This document shows positions 28,627 to 38,221 of a DNA stretch of 64,000 nucleotides, piece by piece. Source of the DNA: an uncultured Patescibacteria group bacterium (GTDB taxonomy: Bacteria; Patescibacteriota; Microgenomatia; UBA1400; PJMF01). The stretch's first letter is position 1. The number at the start of each line of letters is the position of its first letter. The stretch covers positions 8,818-72,817 of the forward strand of contig CAJQIG010000001.1 in assembly GCA_905478415.1 (NCBI GenBank), given 5' to 3'. Below the pieces are notes generated by a model. It made no database searches, was not told the DNA's origin, and worked only from the letters and a program-made list of their open reading frames with translations. The position numbers were made by a program, and so were the translations under genes.

Positions 28627-29412
28627 ATGAAACTATCACCAAAAGCACAGGCAAGCATTAACAAGGTAATAGAGAAATTTCAAACTGGAGACTTATCAGC
28701 TGTGACAAGAATAGCTCGTATTCAAGTTGCTAGTGATGCTCCAGTTAATAAGTGGAGCTTATCAAATAAAGTGCTAGCATTTTTACAATCTGATGAGCTA
28801 GATTGCCGGGGTTATAAACAGTGGCAGAAAGAAGGTAGAACGGTCAAAAAAGGCAGTAAGGCAGTTTATATACTCAGACCTAAGCTCGCTAAGATCGAGC
28901 AGGAAAACGAAGGGGAAACAAAAAATATTTGTGTTGGTTTTGCTCCTATTCCAGTATTTGCAGCTTCATGTACTGAGGGTGACGAAGTGTTACCAACCTA
29001 CGAGCCAGTAGAATATCCGCCATTACTAGACGTGGCTAAAAAATTTGGTATAGCTGTTGAGTATGCACCTATTAGCCCAGACAAACTTGGTGATTGTCAA
29101 ACTGATGGTAGCAAAATCAGACTTGGTACACACGATGCAGGAGTATTTTTTCATGAATTAGCCCATGCGATACACGCGCGAATAGATGGAGAGCTAAAGC
29201 AAGGACAAAACAAGACACAAGAAACAGTAGCCGAGTTTACATCTGCAGTATTGATGGACTTGTACGGCATGGGAGATTCTAGCGGGAAAGCTTGGAGCTA
29301 TATTAGCCACTATTCAGATGATCCACTCATTGCCATAACTAAGGCGATGGGAACAGTTGAAAAAGTGCTGGCGGTATTACTCGCTGATGAGGTGCCAAGT
29401 GTTGGCAGTTAA
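28627..29412 (+). CDS. ArdC-like antirestriction/ssDNA-binding protein with C-terminal HExxH zincin-like metallopeptidase motif
   Basis: N-terminal ArdC_N-like pattern (KW...N...YKQWQKEGRTVKKGSKAVYI vs the canonical F.QW...G..V+KGEK); C-terminal FHELAHAIH (HExxH). Confidence 0.55.
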   Translation: MKLSPKAQASINKVIEKFQTGDLSAVTRIARIQVASDAPVNKWSLSNKVLAFLQSDELDCRGYKQWQKEGRTVKKGSKAVYILRPKLAKIEQENEGETKNICVGFAPIPVFAASCTEGDEVLPTYEPVEYPPLLDVAKKFGIAVEYAPISPDKLGDCQTDGSKIRLGTHDAGVFFHELAHAIHARIDGELKQGQNKTQETVAEFTSAVLMDLYGMGDSSGKAWSYISHYSDDPLIAITKAMGTVEKVLAVLLADEVPSVGS

Positions 29413-30144
29413 GCCAGCTTCTTGTATCTCTGACTTCAGACTTAGGAAAAATTGTAAGTCTGAAGTCTCCTCCTCCAAAACTTGAGCAATATGTTTGGTG
29501 AGGAAGTTGTAGATATTTTGATTTGGAGAGATAAATAAAAGTGATGGATTTTCATGTAACGTCCTATTTTGCCAGGTTCCTTCGTCAAAGTACTCAATGT
29601 ATTGAGAGATTTTCTTTCGTAGCATAAAGCGTGGGGTACCTTCGTCGATGATTTCTAAAAAATAACGCTTTGTTAAGTCTTTGTCTTTCAGGGAAATATA
29701 CGCATCAGGTCGGTTATATGGCAGGTAGTAGTGTACTGCTAAATCGGTTTTGGTATAAAAATGAAGATCGTGTTTGTTTTTAAGGGATTGCTCTTTGAGC
29801 AATAAATAAACATCGGCTAGAAAGAGACTGTGATTGATTAGTTTTTGAGAAGCATTTTTATCTCGGTAGGCTCTACGCAATATCTTTTCGTTTGTATTTT
29901 CTTGCTTAAGAAGAATCTTTCTTGATTTAGTAGCTAGGTAGTATATCGCTGGTCTGGTATTCTCTTTGAGTCTAGTTGAGTAGATTCTACCGAGGATATT
30001 TTTTTCTGTGTGGTCTTTAAGCCATGAGTTTATTCGTTTGGGATCTTTGTGATTAAGTAATGTTTGAATTTGATGTCGATTAAGGAAACGGAAGCGATAT
30101 ATGAGAGTGAGGATTTCGAGTTGTTTAGGAGTTATGGTATCCAT
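29377..30144 (-). CDS. replication-relaxation family protein (winged-helix relaxation protein of conjugative elements)
   Basis: N-terminus ITPKQLEILTLIYRFRFLNRHQIQTLL matches the LTPRQLDILRLLYRFRFLT..HL signature of the replication-relaxation family. Confidence 0.55.
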   Translation of the reverse strand: MDTITPKQLEILTLIYRFRFLNRHQIQTLLNHKDPKRINSWLKDHTEKNILGRIYSTRLKENTRPAIYYLATKSRKILLKQENTNEKILRRAYRDKNASQKLINHSLFLADVYLLLKEQSLKNKHDLHFYTKTDLAVHYYLPYNRPDAYISLKDKDLTKRYFLEIIDEGTPRFMLRKKISQYIEYFDEGTWQNRTLHENPSLLFISPNQNIYNFLTKHIAQVLEEETSDLQFFLSLKSEIQEAGLTANTWHLISE

Positions 30145-30348
30145 AGTGTTGTTTACTATGGGCAGGCTATTTTCTGTGTTGTGAGGTATTGTATCATTCC
30201 CTCCCCTTATTATATAAGGGAATAGAGGTAAAGATTATTTTAGTGTTTATCTGGGAAAGTGCGTGAATTTTGTCCTAGCTGGCTGGGGCAGTTTTTTTAA
30301 GATAAATATTGATTATTTCAGGCTATAATAATGCTATAGGAAAAATTC

Positions 30349-30987
30349 ATGTCAAAGAAAAAAACCGATATTCAAAAGTTTAGTGACAAAGCAATTCAAT
30401 TTGTTGCTGACGTAATTATTTTTGGTGCAACTATTTACTATAAAGTTCTACGTTTCTTTACACACAAAGATTATTTTAATAGAAAGCATCTAGAAGTTAT
30501 TTTTGAAGGTCTAACTATTAAAGTTAAATGGTTTAATCATGATGAATATGTATCACATAAGCTTGATAAGCTTTCGGTAGTCAAACAAGAATCCGAATCA
30601 ACTGATGAATTTATTGAGTATTTGCTTAAAGAGTGCAAAAGTTGCAACTATGTCATCTTTAATGGAAAAGATGAAAAGAAGTTTGTTCAGTTTTGGCTTG
30701 GGGATGGCAGACTGATGTCTGATTATCCAATTCTGAAAAAGAATGGTTTAAAACGATACAGATATCAAATGCTAGGTGTGTTAAATGAGTTAGATATACA
30801 TGCTGTGAAACCTGGAGAGAAAAAGCCAAAAAGAGTTCCATATTATCTACATAAGCAGGCAACTGATTTTGAAACGTACGAAATATATTTTCAGGATTAT
30901 CCCAAAGAGGCTGTAAAGTTTGTCAAAATGATGCTTGAAGAAGTTTATAAAGAAAAATTTGATGATTTGAATTATACTTTGGGATAA
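30349..30987 (+). CDS. hypothetical protein
   Basis: ORF only. Confidence 0.3.
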   Translation: MSKKKTDIQKFSDKAIQFVADVIIFGATIYYKVLRFFTHKDYFNRKHLEVIFEGLTIKVKWFNHDEYVSHKLDKLSVVKQESESTDEFIEYLLKECKSCNYVIFNGKDEKKFVQFWLGDGRLMSDYPILKKNGLKRYRYQMLGVLNELDIHAVKPGEKKPKRVPYYLHKQATDFETYEIYFQDYPKEAVKFVKMMLEEVYKEKFDDLNYTLG

Positions 30988-30991
30988 CGAT

Positions 30992-31657
30992 ATGAATATA
31001 ACAATAAAAGAAGGCGTTGATGGCGCTAGAAATGCTAAGGGTATTGCAGTAATAATTGACGTTTTGAGAGCAGCAACTGTTGCATCATATTTGCTTGATA
31101 AAGGTGTGACTTCAATTCATCCTGTTGCAACCCCAGAAGAGGCTTTTGACTTTAAGATGAAGGATGAAGAAGTGTTGCTTGTTGGTGAAAATAAGGGAAT
31201 TAAGATTGATGGTTTTGATATCGGTAATTCTCCATCAGTTATAAAAACACTTAATAATTTGGATGGAAAAAAGGTTGTTCATAGAAGTTCAACTGGCACA
31301 CAAGGCTTAGTTAATTCTACAAATGCAAATCAAATAATATTTGGGTCATTCGTTTCTGCTCAAGCAATTTTGGATTTTTTAAAAGCCAGCCAATCTGAAG
31401 ATATTACATTCGTCCCAATGTATGCTTTAGAAGATCAACTTTTTGCTGAGTACATGGTAAGTAAATTAAAAGGTGAGACACATTCTTCTCTCGAGGAAGT
31501 GAAAGCAAAGCTTGAACAGCATGAATGGATATTGAATAGCTTTCTTAATCCTCAAAATGATAATTTTCCCGAGGATGACTTTCACTTGGCACTAGAGGTT
31601 GATACATTCAATTTCTTTCCAATAATCAAAGATGGAAAAATTGTTAAAAGCAACTAA
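30992..31657 (+). CDS. 2-phosphosulfolactate phosphatase (ComB) family protein
   Basis: VIIDVLRAATVAS and VGENKG.KIDGFDIGNSP motifs of the ComB family. Confidence 0.55.
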   Translation: MNITIKEGVDGARNAKGIAVIIDVLRAATVASYLLDKGVTSIHPVATPEEAFDFKMKDEEVLLVGENKGIKIDGFDIGNSPSVIKTLNNLDGKKVVHRSSTGTQGLVNSTNANQIIFGSFVSAQAILDFLKASQSEDITFVPMYALEDQLFAEYMVSKLKGETHSSLEEVKAKLEQHEWILNSFLNPQNDNFPEDDFHLALEVDTFNFFPIIKDGKIVKSN

Positions 31658-34287
31658 GGCAAAGTCGAAAAAGCCTGTGTTTTAGATTTGGGTTTACTTA
31701 CCTTCTTATATCTACGAAAAACTTGTGTTGTTGCTGACGGCTCGTATTTCATGGCAAAGTGCTTTCTAGAATTCTCAATCACCTCATTCACTCTTCCTTT
31801 GTTTTCCCTAATTTCAACAGGCATAGTAATCCCAGAAAAAGGCTCTTCAGGGTTTAAAGCACCTAGTCTCATAAAGAATCTGTATGACGGTAATCCAGCA
31901 ATATCACCTTGTTCAACATACGGTCTGAATTGAGGCAAAATAAGTGTTTCATCCTCAGGATTAGCTGTTCTAAAGCAAATAACGGTTCCAGTATTTGCCA
32001 GGGTTACGTTGACCAGTGATTTGTCTTCAAGCTGTGAAGTAGTCTGATGGGCTAAGATTGCCCCAAGCTTGTATTTACGAGCCTCTGAGAGTATCTGAGC
32101 AAAAGCAGGGGTGGCAAAGTTTTGAAATTCATCAACATACAAATAGAAGTCTTTTCTATCTTTCTCAGCCATTCGTGCACGCCTCAATGAAGCCAATTGG
32201 AGCTTTGCCATAACCACCACGCCAAACACTTTTGAGTTATCTTCTCCAAGTTTTCCTTTGGATAAATTACAAAGTAAGATCTTGCCTGCATTCATGATTT
32301 CTTCAAAATTAATAGTAGATTTTTCTTGCTCTAGGATTCGTTTGGCAGTTGGTGAAAACAAAAAGCGTCCAATTTTGTTAGTAATTGGCGATATCATTTT
32401 TACTTTCTGATAATCACCAGCTTTGGCAAACTCATACTTCCAAAAGTCTTTGAGGTTTTCATCTGTTAGTTGTTTAACTACTGATTTTCTAAACTTGGTG
32501 TTTATCAGTAACTTATAGACTGTAAATAGTGTTGCTCCTGGAACAGTAAAAGCTGTGTGAATAGTGTTTCTGAGTATATACTCCATTCTTGGCCCAGAAT
32601 ATTTTTCAGTATAGATTTTGTGAAATAGAGAAATAATACTTTCGGCAATGTACTCTTTTTCTCTAGTGGCATCTTCTTCACTCAAACCATCAGAAAGTTC
32701 AAGCAAGTTAATGCCCATTGGGTATTCAATATCATCAGGGTTAAAGTACACCACATCTTCTAATCGTTCTTCTGGAATTACATGTAAGATTTGTTCAATC
32801 AAATCTCCATGAGGATCAACGACTGCCAATCCTTTGCCATTTTGAATATCGGAGTTGATCATGCTCAAAAGCATGGTGGATTTACCCGTACCAGTAGCTC
32901 CCAGGATATACATATGTCTTCTACGCTCGTTTTCAGTTAAACCAATCAAAGTTCTAGAGTTACCATAGGTATTTTGTGCAAAGACCACATCAAGTTTATT
33001 GCCTTTTTTGAGAGACAGCGGTGCAGGTAATTCTTTACTAAACTGTTTCTGCATATCTTCAGTTTTTGTCGTCTTGGTGAATGGGAAGTGATATAAATCT
33101 CCAAGTTCAGATGAAGATAAAATAGTGCTGTTAAAAGGGAGTGATAGCCTATGCCTGAACAAAAAGCTCTTGAAAGCATTAAGCTGTTTAATTGGAAGTT
33201 TAAGGCTTTGAGTAAGATGTTGATATTGAGTACCACTCATTGATTTCAGTGTTGAAACAAAACCTTTTGATTTTTTATTAGCCAAATATTCATTAGATGA
33301 TTGAGACAACACTCTAATTGAGGTTTTATATAGCGGTTGATCAATTTTCTTCTTTACCAGTTTTTCAATTTCACTCTGGTAAGCATTGCTTGCTTTCTTG
33401 CCTTTTAGAATTCTAGGCAGTGGCAGCAGTGGCCCATCTCTACCATCTGTGGCTAGGAACACCAGTAAGCCAAGTGGTAGAAGCAAGATTTGTAGTGCGT
33501 AAGAAATAGTTAGATACAACCAAGCACCTGAGTGTGCATGGGCAATTTCAGCAGTTAAGTCTTGTTTGCTTTTGATGAGTTTTTGCAGTCGTTTAACTTC
33601 TGGCAATTTAGATTTAGAAACAGGACTAATAACAACTTGATATGCAAGTAGCTCACTATCCTTAAGTTTGGTCATTGCTCCAGTTAAGTACGCAATTGGA
33701 TCGTTTTTATCTAGGCTTTCATGAGCTTTGAGGGGAAAGGCAAAGTGTTTGGCAAGTTTTAATTGAGTAGTAAAACTATTTCTTTCCTGTAGATATTCAC
33801 TGGTTTTGTTGATCTGAATACCTGGGAGATATGATAGTAAGCTGTTTTTAATCAGACCTGATAGTGATTGAGGTGCTCGAATTACATAGCGAATACCATC
33901 AGCTTTAGTGGAAACAATTTCTAAACTAACGCTTTTTGTAACTCTAAATATTCTCTCAACAAAAGACTTTTGATTGGTAATGCTGTGAAAGAGATTAAAG
34001 AGTTGTTCTGTTGAGTATGGGTTAAGTTCAGTTTTCTTGAGTGGCTTAATTTCTAAATACACATGTTTTGCAGTTTGTTGTTTAAACAGCAAAATCAGTC
34101 TGATGACCTGAAAAACCAGAAAGAGTGAAACAAATAAGAGGAAAAAAGCTAAAAGGGAAAAATAAAGAACAGACCAGTTGATTGATGGAATTATTGTGGC
34201 AGGAAAATATGAGAGTATTTGGTTTAAATCAATAGCCATGCCCTTCTTTTCTCTGGGCAGACAATGTTGTGTTGGAGTATACCCCAA
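31654..34287 (-). CDS. virD4: type IV coupling protein (VirD4/TraD/TraG family) with N-terminal TM segments
   Basis: Walker A YILGATGTGKSTML, Walker B YLYVDEFQNF, N-terminal hydrophobic helices, 877 aa. Confidence 0.8.
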   Translation of the reverse strand: MGYTPTQHCLPREKKGMAIDLNQILSYFPATIIPSINWSVLYFSLLAFFLLFVSLFLVFQVIRLILLFKQQTAKHVYLEIKPLKKTELNPYSTEQLFNLFHSITNQKSFVERIFRVTKSVSLEIVSTKADGIRYVIRAPQSLSGLIKNSLLSYLPGIQINKTSEYLQERNSFTTQLKLAKHFAFPLKAHESLDKNDPIAYLTGAMTKLKDSELLAYQVVISPVSKSKLPEVKRLQKLIKSKQDLTAEIAHAHSGAWLYLTISYALQILLLPLGLLVFLATDGRDGPLLPLPRILKGKKASNAYQSEIEKLVKKKIDQPLYKTSIRVLSQSSNEYLANKKSKGFVSTLKSMSGTQYQHLTQSLKLPIKQLNAFKSFLFRHRLSLPFNSTILSSSELGDLYHFPFTKTTKTEDMQKQFSKELPAPLSLKKGNKLDVVFAQNTYGNSRTLIGLTENERRRHMYILGATGTGKSTMLLSMINSDIQNGKGLAVVDPHGDLIEQILHVIPEERLEDVVYFNPDDIEYPMGINLLELSDGLSEEDATREKEYIAESIISLFHKIYTEKYSGPRMEYILRNTIHTAFTVPGATLFTVYKLLINTKFRKSVVKQLTDENLKDFWKYEFAKAGDYQKVKMISPITNKIGRFLFSPTAKRILEQEKSTINFEEIMNAGKILLCNLSKGKLGEDNSKVFGVVVMAKLQLASLRRARMAEKDRKDFYLYVDEFQNFATPAFAQILSEARKYKLGAILAHQTTSQLEDKSLVNVTLANTGTVICFRTANPEDETLILPQFRPYVEQGDIAGLPSYRFFMRLGALNPEEPFSGITMPVEIRENKGRVNEVIENSRKHFAMKYEPSATTQVFRRYKKVSKPKSKTQAFSTLP

Positions 34288-34517
34288 CCTCTGGTTTTTG
34301 GCAATAAATTACTGTTGACATGGTGCTTAAAAATAGATAAACTATCACTATATTGATAATTTGTAAAGCATGGTATGACAGATAAAAAACAAGGTGACGA
34401 TCAAAAAAAGCAGGAAGACATCTTTACAAAAAGACTGGCGGCAATCTTGGTTAAACAGATTCAATCAGATATTCAAAAAGGTAAAACACCTCGATCTGAG
34501 CAGGTGAAAGGTCAGAC

Positions 34518-36245
34518 ATGACCAAAACACTTGCAAGTCAAAATGCTGTTGCTGCAATTAGAATTTCTTCAGTAAAACAAGGCTTACAAGGTGACTCTCC
34601 TGAGGATCAAAAACAACAAATAGAGCGTTTTGCTCTGGCTCGTGGGATTACCATCAAAAAATTCTTCATTTTTATGGAATCAGCTTCCAAAGAACAGCAA
34701 CCTGTTCAAGAAGCAATTGATTACTGTGCTAATTCAAACAACGACATTCAACTATTCATTATCAAATCTATTGATCGGTTTACTCGTGGAGGTTCATATC
34801 TCTACGACCATCTCAAACGCCAGCTAGTATCCAATAATGTACGGTTAATTGATATTTATGGCATCATTAGCAGCCAAGAAGTAAATACACTTGAGCATTT
34901 AGATGTTGAATATGACTGGAGTGTCTATAGTCCTACTAAGAAAGCGGAGATTTTAGAGGCTGAGAGGGCTAAAGATGAGATGCGAGACATTATGACTCGT
35001 ATGATTGGGGCAGAAATTCGCTATGTTCGCATGGGTTATCGAGTTCGCAGGGCTCCATATGGATATAAGAATAAAAAAGTTGATACTGAGCATGGGAAGC
35101 GTGTCATTTTGGTTCCATATGAGGAAGAGGCTCAGTGGATCAGAAAAATGTATGATCTTAGGCTCACTACTGCGTTGAATGATACTGAAATAGTTGAAAA
35201 ACTTAATGAGCTTGGATTTAAAACACGAACATTTAATCGAAGAGATCCTAACAACAAAACAAAAATCATTGGTAAGCGAGGCGGTAATCCACTTAATCTT
35301 AAGCAGTTATGGAGATTTATTAGAAATCCAATTTACGCTGGCATTAATGTTGAGAAATGGACACAAAGCAAACCGATTAAGGGTCAGTTTGAAGGCTTAA
35401 TCAGTGTTGCAGAGTTCAACAAAGCTAATAGGGGCAAAGTTGTAATTGTTGAGAAAAACGGTCAAATATCCATTGAAAAAGAAAAGCCTCCAACTCACTT
35501 AGCAAATAAGCAGGTACTTAATCCAAAGTTTCCTTTTAAAAAACATGTTCACTGTCCAAAATGCAATAAACCTTTATATGGTAGTGCTTCAAAAGGCAAG
35601 CTCGGTAAGTATTACCCTGCCTATCATTGTCATGCACGAGGCCACTATTTTAGAGTACCTAGTAAAGAGTTTATGGAAACTATTGAGACATTTGTGAAAG
35701 ATATTGAAGTTTCTCCAGAGTATATTGATAACCTAAAAAAGGAAGTTGTAAGACTTTGGAATAAGCAGCAGGAAACTATAGTTGAGGATAACACCCGAGT
35801 TGATAAGAAGATCGAGGATTTACGCTCTCAGGCACGCTCAATTGCTGAAAAGATTCGCTATCTTAATTCGGAAGTATCAATTAGATATATGGAAAAAGAT
35901 TTAATTGATATTGAGAATGAGATTCAAAAATTAGAAGATGCAAAAGAAAATCCTGTGGCAAAAGAAGACGTAAATATGGAAGTAGTTATGGAATACATTG
36001 GTTTTTATTTGGAACACCTAGAAGAATTATTGCTATATAGGGCTAAACCACTAAAAAGAGCTGAGTACTTTAGCCTACTTTTTGAGCAACCTCCAACCTA
36101 TGATGAATTGGCTTTTGGAACACCAAAATTAGTCCCATATGTCAAGAAAAAAGGGGGTAATAATACCCCCTCCTTCCCAATTGGTGACCCCACAGAGAAT
36201 CGAACTCTGCTCTACAGGATGAAAACCTGTTATCCTAACCGATAG
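34518..36245 (+). CDS. large serine recombinase (integrase of the island); its 3' end reads into tRNA-Glu
   Basis: N-terminal resolvase catalytic domain (AAIRISSVKQ active-site Ser region), recombinase domain, zinc-ribbon CPKCN...YHCH, coiled-coil C-terminal region. The last about 64 nt overlap the antisense of tRNA-Glu. Confidence 0.75.
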   Translation: MTKTLASQNAVAAIRISSVKQGLQGDSPEDQKQQIERFALARGITIKKFFIFMESASKEQQPVQEAIDYCANSNNDIQLFIIKSIDRFTRGGSYLYDHLKRQLVSNNVRLIDIYGIISSQEVNTLEHLDVEYDWSVYSPTKKAEILEAERAKDEMRDIMTRMIGAEIRYVRMGYRVRRAPYGYKNKKVDTEHGKRVILVPYEEEAQWIRKMYDLRLTTALNDTEIVEKLNELGFKTRTFNRRDPNNKTKIIGKRGGNPLNLKQLWRFIRNPIYAGINVEKWTQSKPIKGQFEGLISVAEFNKANRGKVVIVEKNGQISIEKEKPPTHLANKQVLNPKFPFKKHVHCPKCNKPLYGSASKGKLGKYYPAYHCHARGHYFRVPSKEFMETIETFVKDIEVSPEYIDNLKKEVVRLWNKQQETIVEDNTRVDKKIEDLRSQARSIAEKIRYLNSEVSIRYMEKDLIDIENEIQKLEDAKENPVAKEDVNMEVVMEYIGFYLEHLEELLLYRAKPLKRAEYFSLLFEQPPTYDELAFGTPKLVPYVKKKGGNNTPSFPIGDPTENRTLLYRMKTCYPNR

Positions 36246-36256
36246 ACGATGGGGCC
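36182..36256 (-). tRNA. tRNA-Glu (anticodon TTC), CCA encoded
   Basis: Reverse complement reads GGCCCCATCGTCTATCGGTTAGGATAACAGGTTTTCATCCTGTAGAGCAGAGTTCGATTCTCTGTGGGGTCACCA, a cloverleaf with 7-bp acceptor stem, TTC anticodon and TTCGATT T-loop. Confidence 0.8.
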
Positions 36257-36275
36257 ACGTTGGTAGCAGCGCTAC

Positions 36276-36725
36276 TTAAGTAAGCCAAGTGATGTTTTTA
36301 AAATGCTCGATGTTTGTACCGACGATGCTTATGATATCAAAGCGATAGTCGCACGGATAGCGGTGCTTTTTGAGAAAGGCACGAGCAACCTTGTGCATGC
36401 TTTTGATTTTTTGTGGAGAAACTGCAAGCGTAGGACTGCCAAAGAAGGCAGTTTTTCTGCGTTTTACTTCGAAAAAGACAACTTCATGATACTGAGTATC
36501 AAGAGCAATAATATCTACTTCACTGGTTTTAAGGCGCAAGTTTTTGTCTAGAATAGTATAGCTATTTTTGACAAGAAACACACAGGCCAACTCTTCTCCT
36601 TCGGTTCCGAAGGCGGTACTTTTGCAGTTATGCTGCTTTGGTGTGAGTTGCCTTTTCTTTAATACGGGTAGCTGCTTTACCGATTCTTTCACGAAGGTAG
36701 TATAACTTACTTCGTCTGACAGCAC
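36276..36725 (-). CDS. yraN: YraN/UPF0102 family endonuclease; true start probably internal, since the track ORF overlaps rplS by about 100 nt
   Basis: GEELACVFL...[10 protein letters not shown]...SEVDIIALD...[10 protein letters not shown]...GSP...RFDIISI pattern of UPF0102. Confidence 0.5.
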   Translation of the reverse strand: MLSDEVSYTTFVKESVKQLPVLKKRQLTPKQHNCKSTAFGTEGEELACVFLVKNSYTILDKNLRLKTSEVDIIALDTQYHEVVFFEVKRRKTAFFGSPTLAVSPQKIKSMHKVARAFLKKHRYPCDYRFDIISIVGTNIEHFKNITWLT

Positions 36726-36975
36726 CCTGACGTTTTACTTCAATCTTTTTGATAGCAGGAAGGTTAGCTGGGTAGATTTTTTCTACACCAATGCCATTTG
36801 CTCCCATCTTACGAATGGTGAATGATTTTCCATTTCCTCTGTTTTTGATTGCAATGACAATGCCTTCAAAAATTTGAATTCTTTTCTTATCGCCTTCTGC
36901 GATTTCTTGGTGTACTCGAAGAGTATCGCCAGTTGCGATTTTAGTATCGTTTTTATAGGTAAAGTATTGTGCCAT
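36628..36975 (-). CDS. rplS: 50S ribosomal protein L19
   Basis: Conserved L19 sequence ([44 protein letters not shown]). Confidence 0.9.
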   Translation of the reverse strand: MAQYFTYKNDTKIATGDTLRVHQEIAEGDKKRIQIFEGIVIAIKNRGNGKSFTIRKMGANGIGVEKIYPANLPAIKKIEVKRQGAVRRSKLYYLRERIGKAATRIKEKATHTKAA

Positions 36976-37086
36976 ATAGAGTATTCCAAATAGTAATAAT
37001 TCTTGTAACTTTCCAAGGGTCTTATTTTACTGTACCAGGGAGTTTTTTGCAATCTCAAGTTTAGAGTATTTAGCTTAGATCGGGAT

Positions 37087-38169
37087 TTAGACCGAAAGCC
37101 CAACTTTTTGGGCATACAATGTACACTGATTGCTCATAATTTCCGTATTAGAAGTATAGTGTTGGAGGTACTCTAAGTAAGTGCTGTGGAATAGTGACCC
37201 CTCATCAGTAGAAATTGAAAATTTTTTTAATCGAGTGGTGACCAAATTTAAAAAAATTGCCCAAAGTTGCTTTGGCACATCCGGTTGTAATTCATTATCT
37301 TGATTGTGAGTCAGGTGGTACATCGAGAAAAATACTTTAGCAAGTTTTGTTGCTAGCTTTTTGCTCCGTGCTTCTTCTGTCATCTTGGGGTTATTTAGAA
37401 TATAATTTAAGTCAAGCAAGTCATGAATTTTATCAGCCAGTTTAATGACTCTGGTTTCAGGTTGTTTTTCAGCCCTCCAGTTTAACCAATAAATAAAGAG
37501 GCTCTGTTTATACTTCTCTTTCTCTGCTTCAGGAACAATCTTTAATAACTCAGTGTCATCAACCACGGGGGCCATAAGATCAAGAGCGGCATCTCCGGGG
37601 TTATATTTTGGTAAAACGGTATTTAATTGAGTTCTAGCTGCTGAGAGGTTATCTTCAAGAGGGAGTTCCCAATTTGGGGTAATATAGCCCTCATTGGGGT
37701 CAATACTATGCTTTTCCCATAATCGCAGGAGATCTTCTTCAATAAAGTCATGAATGAGTGCTTTTACTCTAACTTCAACGCTTGTGGTAGAGTTCATCAG
37801 GAGGATAATTAAATCTACAAACATTGGATGGGCTGTATATAAACTTCCATCTTTTCGTGAGACTTGGTAGCTTCCTAAAAAGTTTAGAACAGCTGCTATT
37901 TGTACTGATTTTTCAGTATAGGGATGAATGGGTTGCCCGTCTTCTCCAGTAAAAGTTGTATTTGCTGCTTTATCTAATAGTGCTGTTTCAATTACAAAAG
38001 TAGGTAGTTTTTGATTGAGCAACTGAATCAGTTCTTCTTTAAGTGTAAGTGTCCAAACGTTACAAGCTTTGGTAATCTGGTTGAAATTATCTAATAGCCA
38101 TTTTGCTCGTTCTTGAGCATGTTCGTTGCTGATAGGCAAATCAAGTAAATGGGATACTTCTCTGGACAT
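37087..38169 (-). CDS. hypothetical protein (possible HD-domain-like HDF motif)
   Basis: ORF only; ALIHDFIEED weakly suggests an HD fold. Confidence 0.25.
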   Translation of the reverse strand: MSREVSHLLDLPISNEHAQERAKWLLDNFNQITKACNVWTLTLKEELIQLLNQKLPTFVIETALLDKAANTTFTGEDGQPIHPYTEKSVQIAAVLNFLGSYQVSRKDGSLYTAHPMFVDLIILLMNSTTSVEVRVKALIHDFIEEDLLRLWEKHSIDPNEGYITPNWELPLEDNLSAARTQLNTVLPKYNPGDAALDLMAPVVDDTELLKIVPEAEKEKYKQSLFIYWLNWRAEKQPETRVIKLADKIHDLLDLNYILNNPKMTEEARSKKLATKLAKVFFSMYHLTHNQDNELQPDVPKQLWAIFLNLVTTRLKKFSISTDEGSLFHSTYLEYLQHYTSNTEIMSNQCTLYAQKVGLSV

Positions 38170-38221
38170 AGAGTAAGTATAAAGTATTTACAGCCTTCTT
38201 GTCATCTTCACGTAGATACAA

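Larger units (their letters stand above)
1..36181. mobile_element. ICE-like integrative/conjugative island (T4SS + relaxation protein + coupling protein + large serine recombinase + defence cargo) inserted at the 3' end of tRNA-Glu; left boundary lies outside the window
   Basis: VirB2/VirB6/VirB3/VirB4/VirD4 homologues, replication-relaxation protein, ArdC-like, serine recombinase abutting a minus-strand tRNA whose 3' end faces the island. Downstream genes (rplS, pyrG, dnaE, gatCAB) are core. Confidence 0.6.

Noticed and set aside
36601-36725. 5' part of the YraN ORF overlapping rplS by about 100 nt
   Set aside because: Substantial same-strand overlap with a ribosomal protein gene is implausible; the true yraN start is probably an internal or non-ATG codon
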